Positions 42,267 to 53,325 of a stretch of DNA of 64,000 nucleotides are shown in pieces; position 1 is the first letter of the stretch; every line of letters starts with the position of its first letter. Under the pieces are notes generated by a model, which was not told the DNA's origin, did no database searches, and saw nothing but the letters and a program-made list of their open reading frames with translations. The stretch is from contig JBMNLI010000007.1 of NCBI GenBank assembly GCA_050952645.1, positions 26,993-90,992 on the forward strand, read 5' to 3'. Both the position numbers and the translations under genes were made by a program. This DNA is from Bdellovibrionota bacterium. Its GTDB lineage: Bacteria > Bdellovibrionota_C > UBA2361 > CAKMMH01.

Positions 42267-43970
42267 ATGAATACTGATAATACGAGCAGTAATGCTAGTT
42301 CTTTTGCTAGCGAGTTTGAAAATCTTGTAAAAAAACAAGTAGATTCGATTAAATTAGGTAATATTGTTTCGGGAACGATAGTTGATATTGGAAAGGAAAT
42401 GGTAACGGTAGATATCGGCTTTAAATCTGAAGGTGTAGTCCCAACACAACAATTTTATAACCACGATGGGAAAATCAATGTAAAAGTTGGAGATGAGACC
42501 GAGGTTTTTATTTTGCAACTTGAAAATGAACACGGACAAGTAGTTTTGTCGAGAGAAAAAGCGATGCAAAAAAGAGTTTGGGAACACGTTGAGAGAACTT
42601 TTGCAGAAGGTGGCTTAGTTACTGGTAAGGTAATGCAAAAAGTAAAAGGCGGTCTTCAAGTAGATATAGGAATTCCAGCATTTTTACCTGGTTCGCAAGT
42701 CGATATTAGACCTCACAGGAATTTAGATAAATTTTTAGGTGAAGTTTACGATTTTAAAGTATTAAAAATTACTAAGGATAAAGGTAATATCGTAGTTTCA
42801 AGAAGAGCAGTTCTTCTTTCAGAAAGAAGCCAATTAAGAGAAGAAACTTTAAAAGTTATCTCGGAAGGCGTTGTAATGGAAGGAGCCGTTAAGAATATTA
42901 CAGACTACGGCGTGTTTATAGACCTTGGTGGTATCGATGGACTTTTACATATTACAGATATTTCTTGGGGAAGGGTGAACCATCCTGCTGAGAAATTAAA
43001 TGTAGGAGATAAAGTGCCAGTAGTAGTTCTTAAGTATGATGAAGAAAATGAGCGTGTAAGCTTAGGTATGAAGCAACTAAAAGAAGATCCTTGGCTTAAA
43101 GTTGATGAGAAATATTCTATCGGCTCTAGAGTCGTTGGTAAGGTATTTTCAATCGTTGATTATGGTGCATTCGTTGAACTTGAAGATGGCGTTGAGGGGT
43201 TAATTCATATATCAGATATGAGCTGGACTAAGAAAGCTAAACATCCATCAAAGATAGTATCCGAAAAACAAATGGTAGAGGTTCAAGTTCTTGGAATAGA
43301 TCACCAAGAAAGAAGAATTTCACTAGGTATGAAACAGCTTACGGCAAATCCTTGGGACGAGCTTGCAAAGACGCATCCTGTCGGTTCAGTTATTACTGGA
43401 AAAGTTCGCTCAATTACAGAGTTCGGAATATTTGTTGGTGTTGAAGATGGCATCGATGGATTAGTTCACGTTTCAGATTTTTCTTGGACTAAGAGAATTA
43501 AAGATCCGAAAGAAATTGGAGAGCTTTATAAAAAAGGCATGGAAATTACGGCTAAAGTGCTAGAGATTGACGGTGAAAACGAAAGGCTTAGTCTTGGTAT
43601 TAAGCAACTAACCGAAGATCCTTGGGATAAGATCTCTATGCGTTATCCAGTTGGGGCTAAAGTTAAAGGAACCGTCGCATCTATCGCTGATTTTGGAGTA
43701 TTCGTTGAGCTTGAAGAGGGAGTTGAGGGACTTATCCACACCTCACAGCTTGGACTTAATAAAGATGAAGAGGTAAAGGATCATTTTAAAGTTGGTGATG
43801 AAGTTGAAAGTGAGGTTATTAACATCGATAGAGATGAGCATAGAATCAGCTTAAGTATTAATGTTATAAAGAATAGAGAAGAACATAACTTATCTAACTT
43901 TTCCGATGATAATGCTGGCATAGCAGTTACTTTTGGCGATTTGCTTCGTCAAGCAAAAGATGAAAGATAA
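42267..43970 (+). CDS. rpsA: 30S ribosomal protein S1
   Basis: Six S1 repeats (DYGVFIDLGGIDGLLHI etc.). Confidence 0.98.
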   Translation: MNTDNTSSNASSFASEFENLVKKQVDSIKLGNIVSGTIVDIGKEMVTVDIGFKSEGVVPTQQFYNHDGKINVKVGDETEVFILQLENEHGQVVLSREKAMQKRVWEHVERTFAEGGLVTGKVMQKVKGGLQVDIGIPAFLPGSQVDIRPHRNLDKFLGEVYDFKVLKITKDKGNIVVSRRAVLLSERSQLREETLKVISEGVVMEGAVKNITDYGVFIDLGGIDGLLHITDISWGRVNHPAEKLNVGDKVPVVVLKYDEENERVSLGMKQLKEDPWLKVDEKYSIGSRVVGKVFSIVDYGAFVELEDGVEGLIHISDMSWTKKAKHPSKIVSEKQMVEVQVLGIDHQERRISLGMKQLTANPWDELAKTHPVGSVITGKVRSITEFGIFVGVEDGIDGLVHVSDFSWTKRIKDPKEIGELYKKGMEITAKVLEIDGENERLSLGIKQLTEDPWDKISMRYPVGAKVKGTVASIADFGVFVELEEGVEGLIHTSQLGLNKDEEVKDHFKVGDEVESEVINIDRDEHRISLSINVIKNREEHNLSNFSDDNAGIAVTFGDLLRQAKDER

Positions 43971-43991
43971 GTGTTGATGTTAGTGGAGAGT

Positions 43992-44167
43992 TTAAAAGAA
44001 AATTGGCTTTTATGGAGAACTAGCTATGGTAAAAAAAAATTACAGCTATATTTAAAGTAATTTTTGTTTATGTAAATTTCTAAAAAGTCAATTTTCTTTT
44101 GGACTACGTGGGGGGAAGAGGATGTTAATTTTTTAGAGCTTAAACTATCCTTAAAAACATGAAGAGC
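43992..44167 (+). repeat. Diverged long copy of repeat family A, with a duplicated right end to ~44239
   Basis: ttaaaagaaaattggctttta...gtcaattttcttttgg...ccttaaaaacatgaagagc. Confidence 0.8.
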
Positions 44168-44244
44168 CTCTTTTTTTATATAAAATCCATTTTTAGTTGA
44201 AGAAGGACGGTTAAGCTTATTTTTAAACGCATGAAGAGCTAATT

Positions 44245-44676
44245 TTAATTGTTTTTTCCTTTTAATATATCTCTAATTTCAGTAAGTAAAATTTCTTCTT
44301 TTGTTGGCTCTTCTTTAAGTTCTATTCCTTCTTTTTTTCGTTCTTTTATAGCAATATTTCTAAGTGCATTCATAGCTTTAATCATTGCAAATATTGCGAG
44401 TGAAACGATAATAAAATCTAAGGTGGTTTGGATAAAATTCCCATAATTTAAGGCAACTTGAGGAGTGCCGTTTGTAGCTTCCTTTAATACTAATTTTAAG
44501 TCTTTAAAATCTACTCCCCCTATTAACAATCCTAAAGGTGGGGTTAAAATATCGTTTACTAGAGACGTAACGATTTTTCCAAAAGCAGCTCCAATAATAA
44601 TGCCGATGGCCATATCTACAACGTTCCCTCTTAATGCAAACTCTTGAAATTCTTTTAATATACCTGCAATTTTCAT
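44245..44676 (-). CDS. mscL: Large-conductance mechanosensitive channel
   Basis: [40 protein letters not shown]. Confidence 0.98.
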   Translation of the reverse strand: MKIAGILKEFQEFALRGNVVDMAIGIIIGAAFGKIVTSLVNDILTPPLGLLIGGVDFKDLKLVLKEATNGTPQVALNYGNFIQTTLDFIIVSLAIFAMIKAMNALRNIAIKERKKEGIELKEEPTKEEILLTEIRDILKGKNN

Positions 44677-44878
44677 AAGCTACTCCTATAGATAAATAAA
44701 AAAAAATTAAAAACCCTAGAGGTTTTTAAGTAGTAAATTTTATAGCATTTAATATATAGTTTTATTGTACATTTTAGAAGATAGAACTTGAGATGTTAAA
44801 AAGTTATTAAAAAGTGTTTTTCTTTAAGATTTTTTGGTGATACTTTTAAAACCTGAAAAACTTTAGTTTTTACTCTAC

Positions 44879-44906
44879 TTGAGTTTTTTCCCTACTTATA
44901 TATAAT
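44879..44906 (+). promoter_or_regulatory. sigma70 promoter of ffs
   Basis: TTGAGT-N16-TATAAT a few bases upstream of the RNA stem. Confidence 0.6.
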
Positions 44907-44909
44907 AAA

Positions 44910-45011
44910 AAGACGGTAAAAGATATGCGAGAAAAGATTCGCGAAACTTGGTCAGGTTCGGAAGAAAGCAGCCATAAGTGTATTTTTTCTGTGATTTATT
45001 TTTTACCGTTT
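44910..45011 (+). ncRNA. ffs: Signal recognition particle (4.5S) RNA
   Basis: Domain IV gtcaggTTC-GGAA-GAAagcagc (compensatory to E. coli UCC/GGA); closing stem acggtaaaa/ttttaccgt; conserved position before dnaX. Confidence 0.9.
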
Positions 45012-45096
45012 TTTTCAAAAATTAAATTATTCTAAGATTTATTTTACAGATTTATTTTTGAGATTTTATTTTTAAGATTTTATTATAAAGATTTAA

Positions 45097-46931
45097 ATGT
45101 CATATCTTGTCTTTGCTAGAAAATATCGCCCCAAAACATTTGCTGAAGTTACTGGGCAAGAACACATTACTAGAAGTTTAGTAAATGCAATAAATAGAGA
45201 TAAAATAGCACACGCCTTTCTTTTTTCAGGCCCTAGAGGAGTCGGGAAGACATCTATCGCTAGAATTTTAGCAAAGTCTTTAAACTGTGTTAAAGGTCCT
45301 ACCGCATCGCCATGTTTAGAGTGTGCAAATTGTAAAGAGATAGCTGCAGGAAATAGCCTTGCAGTCATCGAAATGGACGGAGCATCAAACAATAGTGTAG
45401 ATGATGTAAGAGGGCTTGTAGAGTCTTTTAAACTTCCTCCACCGCCAAATTCAAAATATAAAGTCTATATTATAGATGAAGTTCATATGCTTAGCATATC
45501 GGCTTTTAATGCTCTGCTTAAAAGCTTAGAGGAACCACCAAGTAATACGGTTTTTATTTTAGCAACGACTGAGCTTCAAAAAATTCCAGAAACCGTAGTT
45601 TCAAGATGTCAGCGTCATGATTTTCGCTCGCTTTCATTTGATGAGATAAGAGATAGGTTAAAAGAGATTCTAAAAAATGAAAATATAACTATTGAAGCGC
45701 AGGCTTTAAGAACTATCGCAAAGCTTTCTAGTGGGTCGATGAGAGATGCTCAATCGATTTTAGATAGAGTTTCATCTTTTTGCGAAGACGGTAAAATAAC
45801 CTCTAAAGAGTGTAGTAGTATTTTAGGCGTTGTAGAGCGTGCAGTCTTGTTTGAAATTTCTAACGCTATACTAAAAAGAGATTCATTAAAAGCACTAGAT
45901 GAGCTTCAGAAAGTTTTTAACTCTGGGAGCAATATCTCTCTTTTTGTAGAAGAATTTTTATCTTACTTTAGAGAGCTTTTAATAGCAAAGTTAAAGGGTT
46001 TTGAGCTTCTTAATTCCTACGGTCTAGATAAAGAAGAGATAGAGATTTTAAAAGACGAAACTCTAGATATAAGCTTAACCGATATTCAAGATCTATTTGA
46101 AATTTTAAGAGTAGGTGCTGATAGCATAATAAGGAGTTCTTACCCTAAATACTCGCTAGAGGCACTAGTAGTAAAAATGGCTACAAGAGAGCCTGTAAAA
46201 GATGTTGCATTCCTTGTAGGAGCGTTAAGAAACAAATTAGAAAATCTAAACTCTTTAGATTTGCAAGTAGGTAGTAGTGTAAATGATGAAAATGATAAGT
46301 CGCTACACGCTACTGCTAAAAAAAAAACTTAAATGACAGTGAAAAAGAAATAAAAAAATCTTTAAGCGAAAGTTTCCAAAAAATTAAAGAAGAGAAAGAA
46401 AAAAATCAAAACAAGGGAAATGAAATTAAAGAAAGCAAAAGTAAAGAAAATAAAAGTAATGAAAATAAAAAAGATAAAGAAAGCGAAGATAAAAATAGTA
46501 AAAATAGTATAGAAAGAAAAATTGATAATGTAGAAATTTTAGCTAAATTAGCCCCTAGTTCTTTTAATGCTGACGATTTTATAAAGAGTATAGAGGTAAA
46601 AAATGGCGGTTTTTTTGAGTCTTGTATTAAAAGGGTAAGTATAGTTTTTAAAGATAAAAAAATAATTATTAAAGGCTCAAAATTTGATATAGGCTATTTA
46701 AAAGGAAGCGAGAACAAGCCTCTATTATTAGAAAGCTTATATAAATATACTGGAATTAAAAATTGGGTATTACAATTTGAAGAAGATGTAATAAACTCTG
46801 ATATTCCGCAAGATAGCTTTGTAAAAAAAGATGAGATGGAAAAAAAAGAAAAAGTTTATAAGGATCCGCTTTTTTTAGAAATAAAAAAAACATTTCCTGG
46901 AACGGAGATTGAAAAGTTTATAAAAAAATAG
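45097..46931 (+). CDS. dnaX: DNA polymerase III gamma/tau: gamma-length ORF ends at 46332, tau-length product needs a -1 shift at A10 (46318-46327)
   Basis: ARKYRP, GPRGVGKT, Zn module, DEVHML, SRCQ; -1 frame open 46323..46931 by manual translation, ending KDPLFLEIKKTFPGTEIEKFIKK*. Confidence 0.93.
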
Positions 46932-46959
46932 AATTTAAAATAATATAGGAGGATATAAT

Positions 46960-47304
46960 ATGGCAAAAGGCTTTAGTGGTATACCAAGCGGTGGGGGCAA
47001 TATGCAACAGTTAATGAAGCAAGCACAAAAAATGCAGCAAGATATGCAACGTGTGCAACAAGAGACTGAAAATATGGTAATTCAAGCCTCGGCAGGCGGT
47101 TCAATGGTAAATGTGGAAATTAATGGTAAGTATGAGTTAGTATCATTAAAAATAGACAAGAGTGTAGTTAATGCCGATGATGTGGAGATGCTTCAAGATT
47201 TAATAATTGCGGCAACTAATGAGGCTATCAGAAAGATGAAAACGGAAAGTGAAAAGAAGTATTCTACCGTAACTGGTGGCTTATCAATGCCAGGTCTTTT
47301 TTAA
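46960..47304 (+). CDS. ybaB: YbaB/EbfC nucleoid-associated protein
   Basis: MKQAQKMQ, ASAGGSMV, DVEMLQDLIIAA; lies between dnaX and recR. Confidence 0.95.
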   Translation: MAKGFSGIPSGGGNMQQLMKQAQKMQQDMQRVQQETENMVIQASAGGSMVNVEINGKYELVSLKIDKSVVNADDVEMLQDLIIAATNEAIRKMKTESEKKYSTVTGGLSMPGLF

Positions 47305-47322
47305 ATATAGTTTTTTTTGCAC

Positions 47323-47922
47323 ATGTATTTATTTCCTGAGTCAATGAGAAAATTAGTGCGTGAGCTTTCAAAGCTTCCATCGATAGGAGAAAAGACTGCG
47401 ATGAGACTTTCTTATCATATCGTTAATAACGATAGGGAGCTTGCTCAAAGTTTAAGTGAAGCACTTTTGCAAGCCGTAAATAACACTTGTTTTTGCGAGA
47501 CTTGTTTTAGTTTTACTGAAGGTAAAAAATGTAAAATTTGCGAAGATCCTTTAAGAGATAAAAGTTTGATTTGCGTAGTAGAAAAGCCGATGGATATATA
47601 CGCTTTTGAAAGAATGGGAGAGTTTAAAGGAGTTTATCACGTTCTTCACGGGCTTTTTGCTCCATTAAAGGGGTTAGGTGTTGAGTCTATGAAATTAAAA
47701 GAGCTTTTTGAAAGAATTAAAAAAGGAGAAATAAAGGAAGTTATTTTAGCTACCTCATCGACGGTTGAGGGAGATGCTACATCTCTTCTTATTGCAGATA
47801 GATTAAAAGATATGGATATAAAAGTTTCTAGACTTGCCCAAGGAATGTCAAAGGGCACTGAACTTGAATATGCAGATGATATTACTTTATCTAGAGCCTT
47901 TAGTGGTAGAAATTATTATTAA
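47323..47922 (+). CDS. recR: Recombination mediator RecR
   Basis: LPSIGEKTAMR HhH, C4 Zn finger, YHVLHG toprim, ELEYAD. Confidence 0.97.
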   Translation: MYLFPESMRKLVRELSKLPSIGEKTAMRLSYHIVNNDRELAQSLSEALLQAVNNTCFCETCFSFTEGKKCKICEDPLRDKSLICVVEKPMDIYAFERMGEFKGVYHVLHGLFAPLKGLGVESMKLKELFERIKKGEIKEVILATSSTVEGDATSLLIADRLKDMDIKVSRLAQGMSKGTELEYADDITLSRAFSGRNYY

Positions 47923-48034
47923 GTTTTTTGTGATGGGCTCATGCGTTTTAAGGTGGTTAGAAAATTTTGTTTTTAAACTTTTCGCTATTGACTTTTGTTT
48001 AAAAAACAAAGATTATAGTCTGTATTGTGTTTGT

Positions 48035-48110
48035 TCCCCAGTAGCTCAGTTGGTAGAGCAAATGACTGTTAATCATTGGGTCACTGGTTCGAGTCCAGTC
48101 TGGGGAGCCA
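48035..48110 (+). tRNA. tRNA-Asn(GTT)
   Basis: Cloverleaf: TCCCCAG/CTGGGGA acceptor, anticodon loop ctGTTaa, TTCGAG T loop, encoded CCA. Confidence 0.97.
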
Positions 48111-48161
48111 TTTTTTCTTCAAGTTTTTTTATTCAAAAAAGAATTCTTTTTTGCCAAATTT

Positions 48162-48235
48162 GCACCATTAGCTCAGTTGGATAGAGCGTCTGACTACGAA
48201 TCAGAAGGTCGTAGGTTCGACTCCTTCATGGTGCA
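48162..48235 (+). tRNA. tRNA-Arg(ACG), CCA not encoded
   Basis: GCACCAT/ATGGTGC acceptor, loop ctACGaa, TTCGAC T loop; one U-U mismatch in the T stem. Confidence 0.93.
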
Positions 48236-48332
48236 TACTTTTCTAGCATCTTTCTTAATACGTTTTCTTTAAAACAAAGCTTTCTTTTCTGTTTTGCTTA
48301 AATATTTTTTACTTATCTAGTTTGTTTTATAA

Positions 48333-48439
48333 GGAAACACTGATTAACAGCATAATTCTAAGAGTTTTTTTTAAACATCTTGAAAAAATTAACTTTTTAT
48401 ATCTGTTTTTAGAAATTTTAGACATTAATCAGTGTTTCC
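48333..48439. repeat. 107-bp MITE-like element (family B) with perfect 15-bp terminal inverted repeats
   Basis: ggaaacactgattaa ... ttaatcagtgtttcc. Confidence 0.65.
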
Positions 48440-48594
48440 ATAAAATTACTTTATAAATAACCACTATAAAAAAAGCTTTAAATCAGTGATAATGCCAAAA
48501 GCGATTGTTTTTATACTTGTAAAAATATTTTGCCCTAGAGAAAAATATTGTAGTTTATTTATTTTAACCATTTAAAGGTTTTAAAAGATAAAAA

Positions 48595-50772
48595 ATGAAG
48601 AGTGATTTTATAAAAACGCATAATGCAAAGTTTTCGGCTAAGCTATTAGCTATATTAGTCTGCTTTATCTCCCTATTTATAGCAAGAAATAGAGTTTTTT
48701 ACGTTTTAGATACTAAAATTATAGGTGGTGTAGTCGGGGACAGTGGACTTTATTATTGGCTAGCAAAATCTTTTGTAAGAAATATTTTTGAAAATTCTTT
48801 TTTTCAAACCTCCATGTATTATCCGTATGGATATACGCTTGCTTGGAGTGATAACTTTATATTGCCAAGTGCTTTTATAAATTTTTTAAATTTATTTTTT
48901 TCTTTCGATGTTTCTTATAATCTATGTTTTATTTTTACTTGGCTACTTAATGGATTTTCCTGTTTTTTGCTTTTATATTTTTTAACTGGCTCTTTTATTT
49001 ATTCAATTTTACCGAGTGTGCTTTTTTGTATAAACTCTTCGCTAGGTTTTTCTATGGGGCATCCGCAGCTTCAATTTATTTTTTTTATTCCACTTGGTAT
49101 CTATTATTTTTTAAGATTTATTGCATACGAAAGAAAAAGAGATTCTTTTTATTTAGGTTTAACAATCCTTTTATCTTTTTTAACGACCGTTTATTATGCC
49201 TTGTTTTTATGTTTAGTTATTTTCTTTTTGTATATAGCAATCTTTTTATTAAAGCCTAAGTACGTTTTAAAATATAAGCATATAACAAACTTGCTAAAAG
49301 GTTTTATTTTAGGGTTTCTCCCTATAACTATATTTTTAGTCCCTTATTTTAATGTTAAAAAAACTTTTTCTAAAAGGGCTCTATATGAGGCTTACGCATT
49401 TTCATCAAATTTAAGTTCTTATTTTACGAGTTCTCCTCTAAGCGTATTTTATAAAAATTTTAATTTTTCACATAACGAAAGCGTTTCATTCGTAGGCTTT
49501 ATTCCAATTATTTCACTACTTTTATTAACTATCACGATTTTAAAAGGCGCTAAAGTTTTAAGTAAACATTTATTTAGTTTTTCCGTGCTATTTTTAATAG
49601 GCTTATACTTAACTAGCTTTATAACCGAAGAAAATTATATTTCTTATTATGCTTCATTTTTTTTATGGAGTGGGTATCTAGTTTTAATTTTTATGCTTAT
49701 TAAACTTAAGAATTTAGAGTATAACGACAACCTTTATATATTAAGCAATAGAGGGCTAATCTTAAGTTTTTTATTTTTGCTTGTATCTCTTGTTTTCTTG
49801 TCGCTAGGTCCTCTTGGGAGTGAAGTAGCGGTATCACGCCCGACTGGTTTATATAGTGTAATGTATCATATATTTCCTGGGGTTAATGCGATGCGTGCTA
49901 CTGGGCGAATTGGATTAGTCGTGATTTTAGTAATGTATATATTATTTTCGTTAAATTTTTATTTAATATCTAGGAAGAGTAAGTTTGTATCGCTTATTTT
50001 TGTGTTATGTTTTTTATTAAATTTTGCAGAACAAAAAGTAGTAGCGTTTCAAATAGGAAATAAGCCTAAAGTAAAGTATGAAGCTATTATAGCTAAGCTA
50101 AACGCGTTGCCTAGTAAGTATGCTATGATATATTTGCCAATGGTAAATGATAAAAATAAAAACTCAGAAGTTAATTATGCAAATATGAGTGTATCTTATA
50201 TGATAGATGCGCTGTCTCATAGGCACCCTATAATAAATGGCTATTCTGGGCAGAGAGGACGCTCTGGCAAGGAGTATCGAGATATAATGAGAGATTTTCC
50301 AGACAAACTTTCCGTAGCCACACTAACTAATAATTACAATTTAAAATACGTATTTTATGATGGGGATAAAGTTGATGGTTTCGATGCTAAAGCCTTTGAA
50401 GAAAAGGTTAGCAATTTTAAAAATGATTTAAAGATTATAGCCAAGCAGGGCAATGCTTATTTGATAGAGTATATAGGAAGTGTAGTTAATGAAAAAGGTT
50501 ATTATTTAATGGTTCCAAAGTATTATGATAAAATTGATATAAATATAAAAACCAAAGGTAGCCCTAAAGAGATGGCTAATAAAGCTATAATGATAAAAAA
50601 CAATAATAATGATGCGTATGTAGGAAGCATTACTTCTAAGGGAGATGGGAAGTGGATTAAGTATAAGGTAGATTTATCGAAAACGTTTTGCGACAATAAG
50701 GTTTCTCCATATAGGCTTGTTTTTTCTAATATTTCAAATGGTCAAAAGGTGTATATAAAGCATTACGATTAA
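48595..50772 (+). CDS. GT-C-fold membrane glycosyltransferase-like protein (YfhO-like)
   Basis: GDSGLYYW and YYPYGYTLAWSD loop, GHPQL, MRATGR, PIINGYSG; multi-TM with soluble C-terminus. Confidence 0.7.
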   Translation: MKSDFIKTHNAKFSAKLLAILVCFISLFIARNRVFYVLDTKIIGGVVGDSGLYYWLAKSFVRNIFENSFFQTSMYYPYGYTLAWSDNFILPSAFINFLNLFFSFDVSYNLCFIFTWLLNGFSCFLLLYFLTGSFIYSILPSVLFCINSSLGFSMGHPQLQFIFFIPLGIYYFLRFIAYERKRDSFYLGLTILLSFLTTVYYALFLCLVIFFLYIAIFLLKPKYVLKYKHITNLLKGFILGFLPITIFLVPYFNVKKTFSKRALYEAYAFSSNLSSYFTSSPLSVFYKNFNFSHNESVSFVGFIPIISLLLLTITILKGAKVLSKHLFSFSVLFLIGLYLTSFITEENYISYYASFFLWSGYLVLIFMLIKLKNLEYNDNLYILSNRGLILSFLFLLVSLVFLSLGPLGSEVAVSRPTGLYSVMYHIFPGVNAMRATGRIGLVVILVMYILFSLNFYLISRKSKFVSLIFVLCFLLNFAEQKVVAFQIGNKPKVKYEAIIAKLNALPSKYAMIYLPMVNDKNKNSEVNYANMSVSYMIDALSHRHPIINGYSGQRGRSGKEYRDIMRDFPDKLSVATLTNNYNLKYVFYDGDKVDGFDAKAFEEKVSNFKNDLKIIAKQGNAYLIEYIGSVVNEKGYYLMVPKYYDKIDINIKTKGSPKEMANKAIMIKNNNNDAYVGSITSKGDGKWIKYKVDLSKTFCDNKVSPYRLVFSNISNGQKVYIKHYD

Positions 50773-50978
50773 GCCTTAATACGTTTTTTTTAAAGAAAGT
50801 GGCTAGGTTAATTTTACAATTTTAAGTTAGCTAAAAGCTAAAGAAAAGGCTACTTGTTTGATATATCCCCAAAAAATACCTCTAAGTTAAAATAAACCTG
50901 CATAGCAAAACAGCGTTTTGTATAATAAAAAGATTGTGAGTTGATTTTATATACTTATCTTATATAAAGGAGAAGATT

Positions 50979-51382
50979 ATGGAAGTAAATATGGGAGCTA
51001 GAAGGGGGGCTCGAGGACATAGAGGAATGGAGCTAGTCAAGATGATAGAGCTAGTCAAGAAGGACAAGTTGATAATGGAGGGTTGAGGGCAGCTAATATG
51101 CCAACAGTGAGTAATCCTAATGCTCAAGTCGGAGATAAAATATTGTACGAAAATGTTGAAAAAATCTTAACGACAATGGTTAAAGAAGGTAGGCTAAGAA
51201 AAGGAGATTTAAATGAATTTTTCTTTAGTTTAATAAAAGGAAGTGAATTAGAAGAAATTGCAAATAAAGCATTAAAATCTCTAAGTTCCGCTTTTTCAGA
51301 TAAACTAAAGTTTAAACGAGAAAGTGAAGACAGGGAGTGGAGAAGAAAGAGGAGGAGATGGATTTTTGCAGAAAACTCCTAA
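50979..51382 (+). CDS. Hypothetical protein; possible -1 frameshift near 51025
   Basis: aaggaga RBS and ATG at 50979; the downstream frame (ORF 51083..51382) is open from about 51023. Confidence 0.45.
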
Positions 51383-51529
51383 CTTTATTACCCTTTAAAA
51401 GCGAAGAAAGATTTTTTGTAATTATTTGAAAATATTAAAAAAATAAAACTTTGAGAAGAAAAGTGGATGCCTCGCCAAGAATATCAAGCAACAAAGGGAA
51501 CGATAACTCAGAAATTTAAATTAGCTCTC

Positions 51530-51623
51530 TCCCTCTTGCTTTTGCCTTTTAAGATGGTTAGAAAACCGATAATAAAAGAGTTTCTAAACACACACTTTTA
51601 AATACACGCAAAAGCGAGAGGGA
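51530..51623. terminator. Long-loop inverted repeat between convergent genes
   Basis: tccctcttgcttttgc / gcaaaagcgagaggga (15 of 16 positions pair by Watson-Crick rules). Confidence 0.45.
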
Positions 51624-51639
51624 AAGAACTACTTAAATT

Positions 51640-52005
51640 TTATTCTTCTTCTCTTCGGTACTCGCTATGACCATTCGGTCTACCAGACCCATGATGCCCA
51701 TCATGTTGTCTAAATCCGCCACCTCTATGTCCTCTTGGTCCTCTTTCTTGCCTTTCTTGTCTTTCCTCTTTTGGTCTAGCCTCATTTACTACCATTGTGC
51801 GACCTTGTAAATCTGAGCCATTTAAAGCCTCAATCGCAGTTTTAGCCTCATCATCATTAGGCATAGTTACGAACCCAAAGCCCTTAGATTTTCCAGAACG
51901 GAAAGTTATAATGCTTGCAGATTCTACCTGCCCGTATTGACTAAAAAGTTCCTTAAGCTCATCGCCAGTTACGGCATAAACAAGATTGCCAACATAAATA
52001 TTCAT
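51640..52005 (-). CDS. RRM RNA-binding protein
   Basis: IYVGNL (RNP2), SKGFGFV (RNP1), VVNEARP, Gly/Arg/His-rich tail. Confidence 0.95.
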   Translation of the reverse strand: MNIYVGNLVYAVTGDELKELFSQYGQVESASIITFRSGKSKGFGFVTMPNDDEAKTAIEALNGSDLQGRTMVVNEARPKEERQERQERGPRGHRGGGFRQHDGHHGSGRPNGHSEYRREEE

Positions 52006-52623
52006 TTTCTAATCCTTCAATAAATTTACACTATTTTGCACATAAAATGGAGTTATTCGCTTTGCAAAAAAACTCCTAAACACAATTAAACAAACTCATG
52101 ATACGTTCTTACAATTTACATACAAGCTTTTAAGACTAGAGGTATGCCAAATTTTGAATATAACATGGTGTTTACTGTTTAATAAAAAATATTAAAAAAA
52201 TTTTTATCAACACTAAACGGAGTAGATGTTATCACTTATTTTCTTTTTAAGCTATAAATAAAATAAATTTACGTTATTAATTTTTGCTCTTTCTCTTTTT
52301 TTCTTACAATATACAATTGTTGCAACTAGTTATTAAAAGTTGCTAAGCTATATTAATTTGGCAATTCGCTTTTCTTTACAAAATAAACAAAAAACAAAAA
52401 ACAAAATGGATAAAAAAGTTAAAATAAAAATGTTAATTTGTGATTATATATATTATAATAGTAAGGTAAGCGATTTTTAGTATAATATTTAGATATTTAG
52501 CTGAAAATAGAAAATTTTACGATAGATTTTCATAGTGTAAAAATTTTGTAAACTCACTAAAGAACGTGAAAACAAAATTTAATATTATTTTAAGTTTATT
52601 ATTATGTTATGGGAGGTATTTAA

Positions 52624-53034
52624 ATGATGAAAAAAGGGTTAATTTTATTATTAGCTTTGACGCTTATTTCTTGCTCAGAATCGAGACCAAGATTATATCC
52701 AAATGAAAGATATCAAAGAACCGACTCTTATTCGCAACAAAGAGCTATCGATGAGTGTATGTCTCTAGCAGATCAATACGTAGGAAAGAAAAATATGGCT
52801 CTAGAAGCTACGAAACAAGGTGCCGTAGGGGCTGGTTTAGGAGCAGCTACTGGTGCTGTCGGTGGAGCAGTATTTGGTAAAACTGGTCGTGGAACGGGAG
52901 CTGGAGCGGCAATTGGCGGCATGCTAGGCGTTGCTTCAGGACTAAACGATAGCTCAGGTCATAGCCAAGATTATAAGAATTTTGTTGAAAGGTGTTTAGC
53001 AAAAAAAGGCTACGAAACTGCTGGTTGGGATTAG
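52624..53034 (+). CDS. Glycine-zipper lipoprotein
   Basis: LALTLISC lipobox; GAVGAGLGAATGAVGG repeats; FVERCL..KGY end. Confidence 0.85.
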   Translation: MMKKGLILLLALTLISCSESRPRLYPNERYQRTDSYSQQRAIDECMSLADQYVGKKNMALEATKQGAVGAGLGAATGAVGGAVFGKTGRGTGAGAAIGGMLGVASGLNDSSGHSQDYKNFVERCLAKKGYETAGWD

Positions 53035-53214
53035 TTTTAAGTTGTATGTGTACTTAATTCTAAGCTAATTCTAAAGCTTAAAGAAAATAACGGTAAAAAA
53101 CAAATTAAAAAAAAGTAAATTAAAAAAGTAAATTAAAAAGTAAATTAAAAAAAAAGATAAAAAGAAGTGCGACAAAAAATAAAAAACAAAAAAATAAAAA
53201 ATAAGATGCACTAA

Positions 53215-53266
53215 TAGATAAGGGATTTAGATAAGGGATTTAGATAAGGGATTTAGATAAGGGATT
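53215..53266. repeat. Perfect 13-bp tandem repeat (tagataagggatt) x4
   Basis: Read directly upstream of lemA. Confidence 0.9.
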
Positions 53267-53325
53267 TTTTTTTACCGTTTATTTTCTACTTTAAAATAAA
53301 AAATTTTTCTAAAAGGAATATATAT

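Noticed and set aside
47834-48184. 116-aa ORF after recR
   Set aside because: Overlaps the recR end and tRNA-Asn; spurious.
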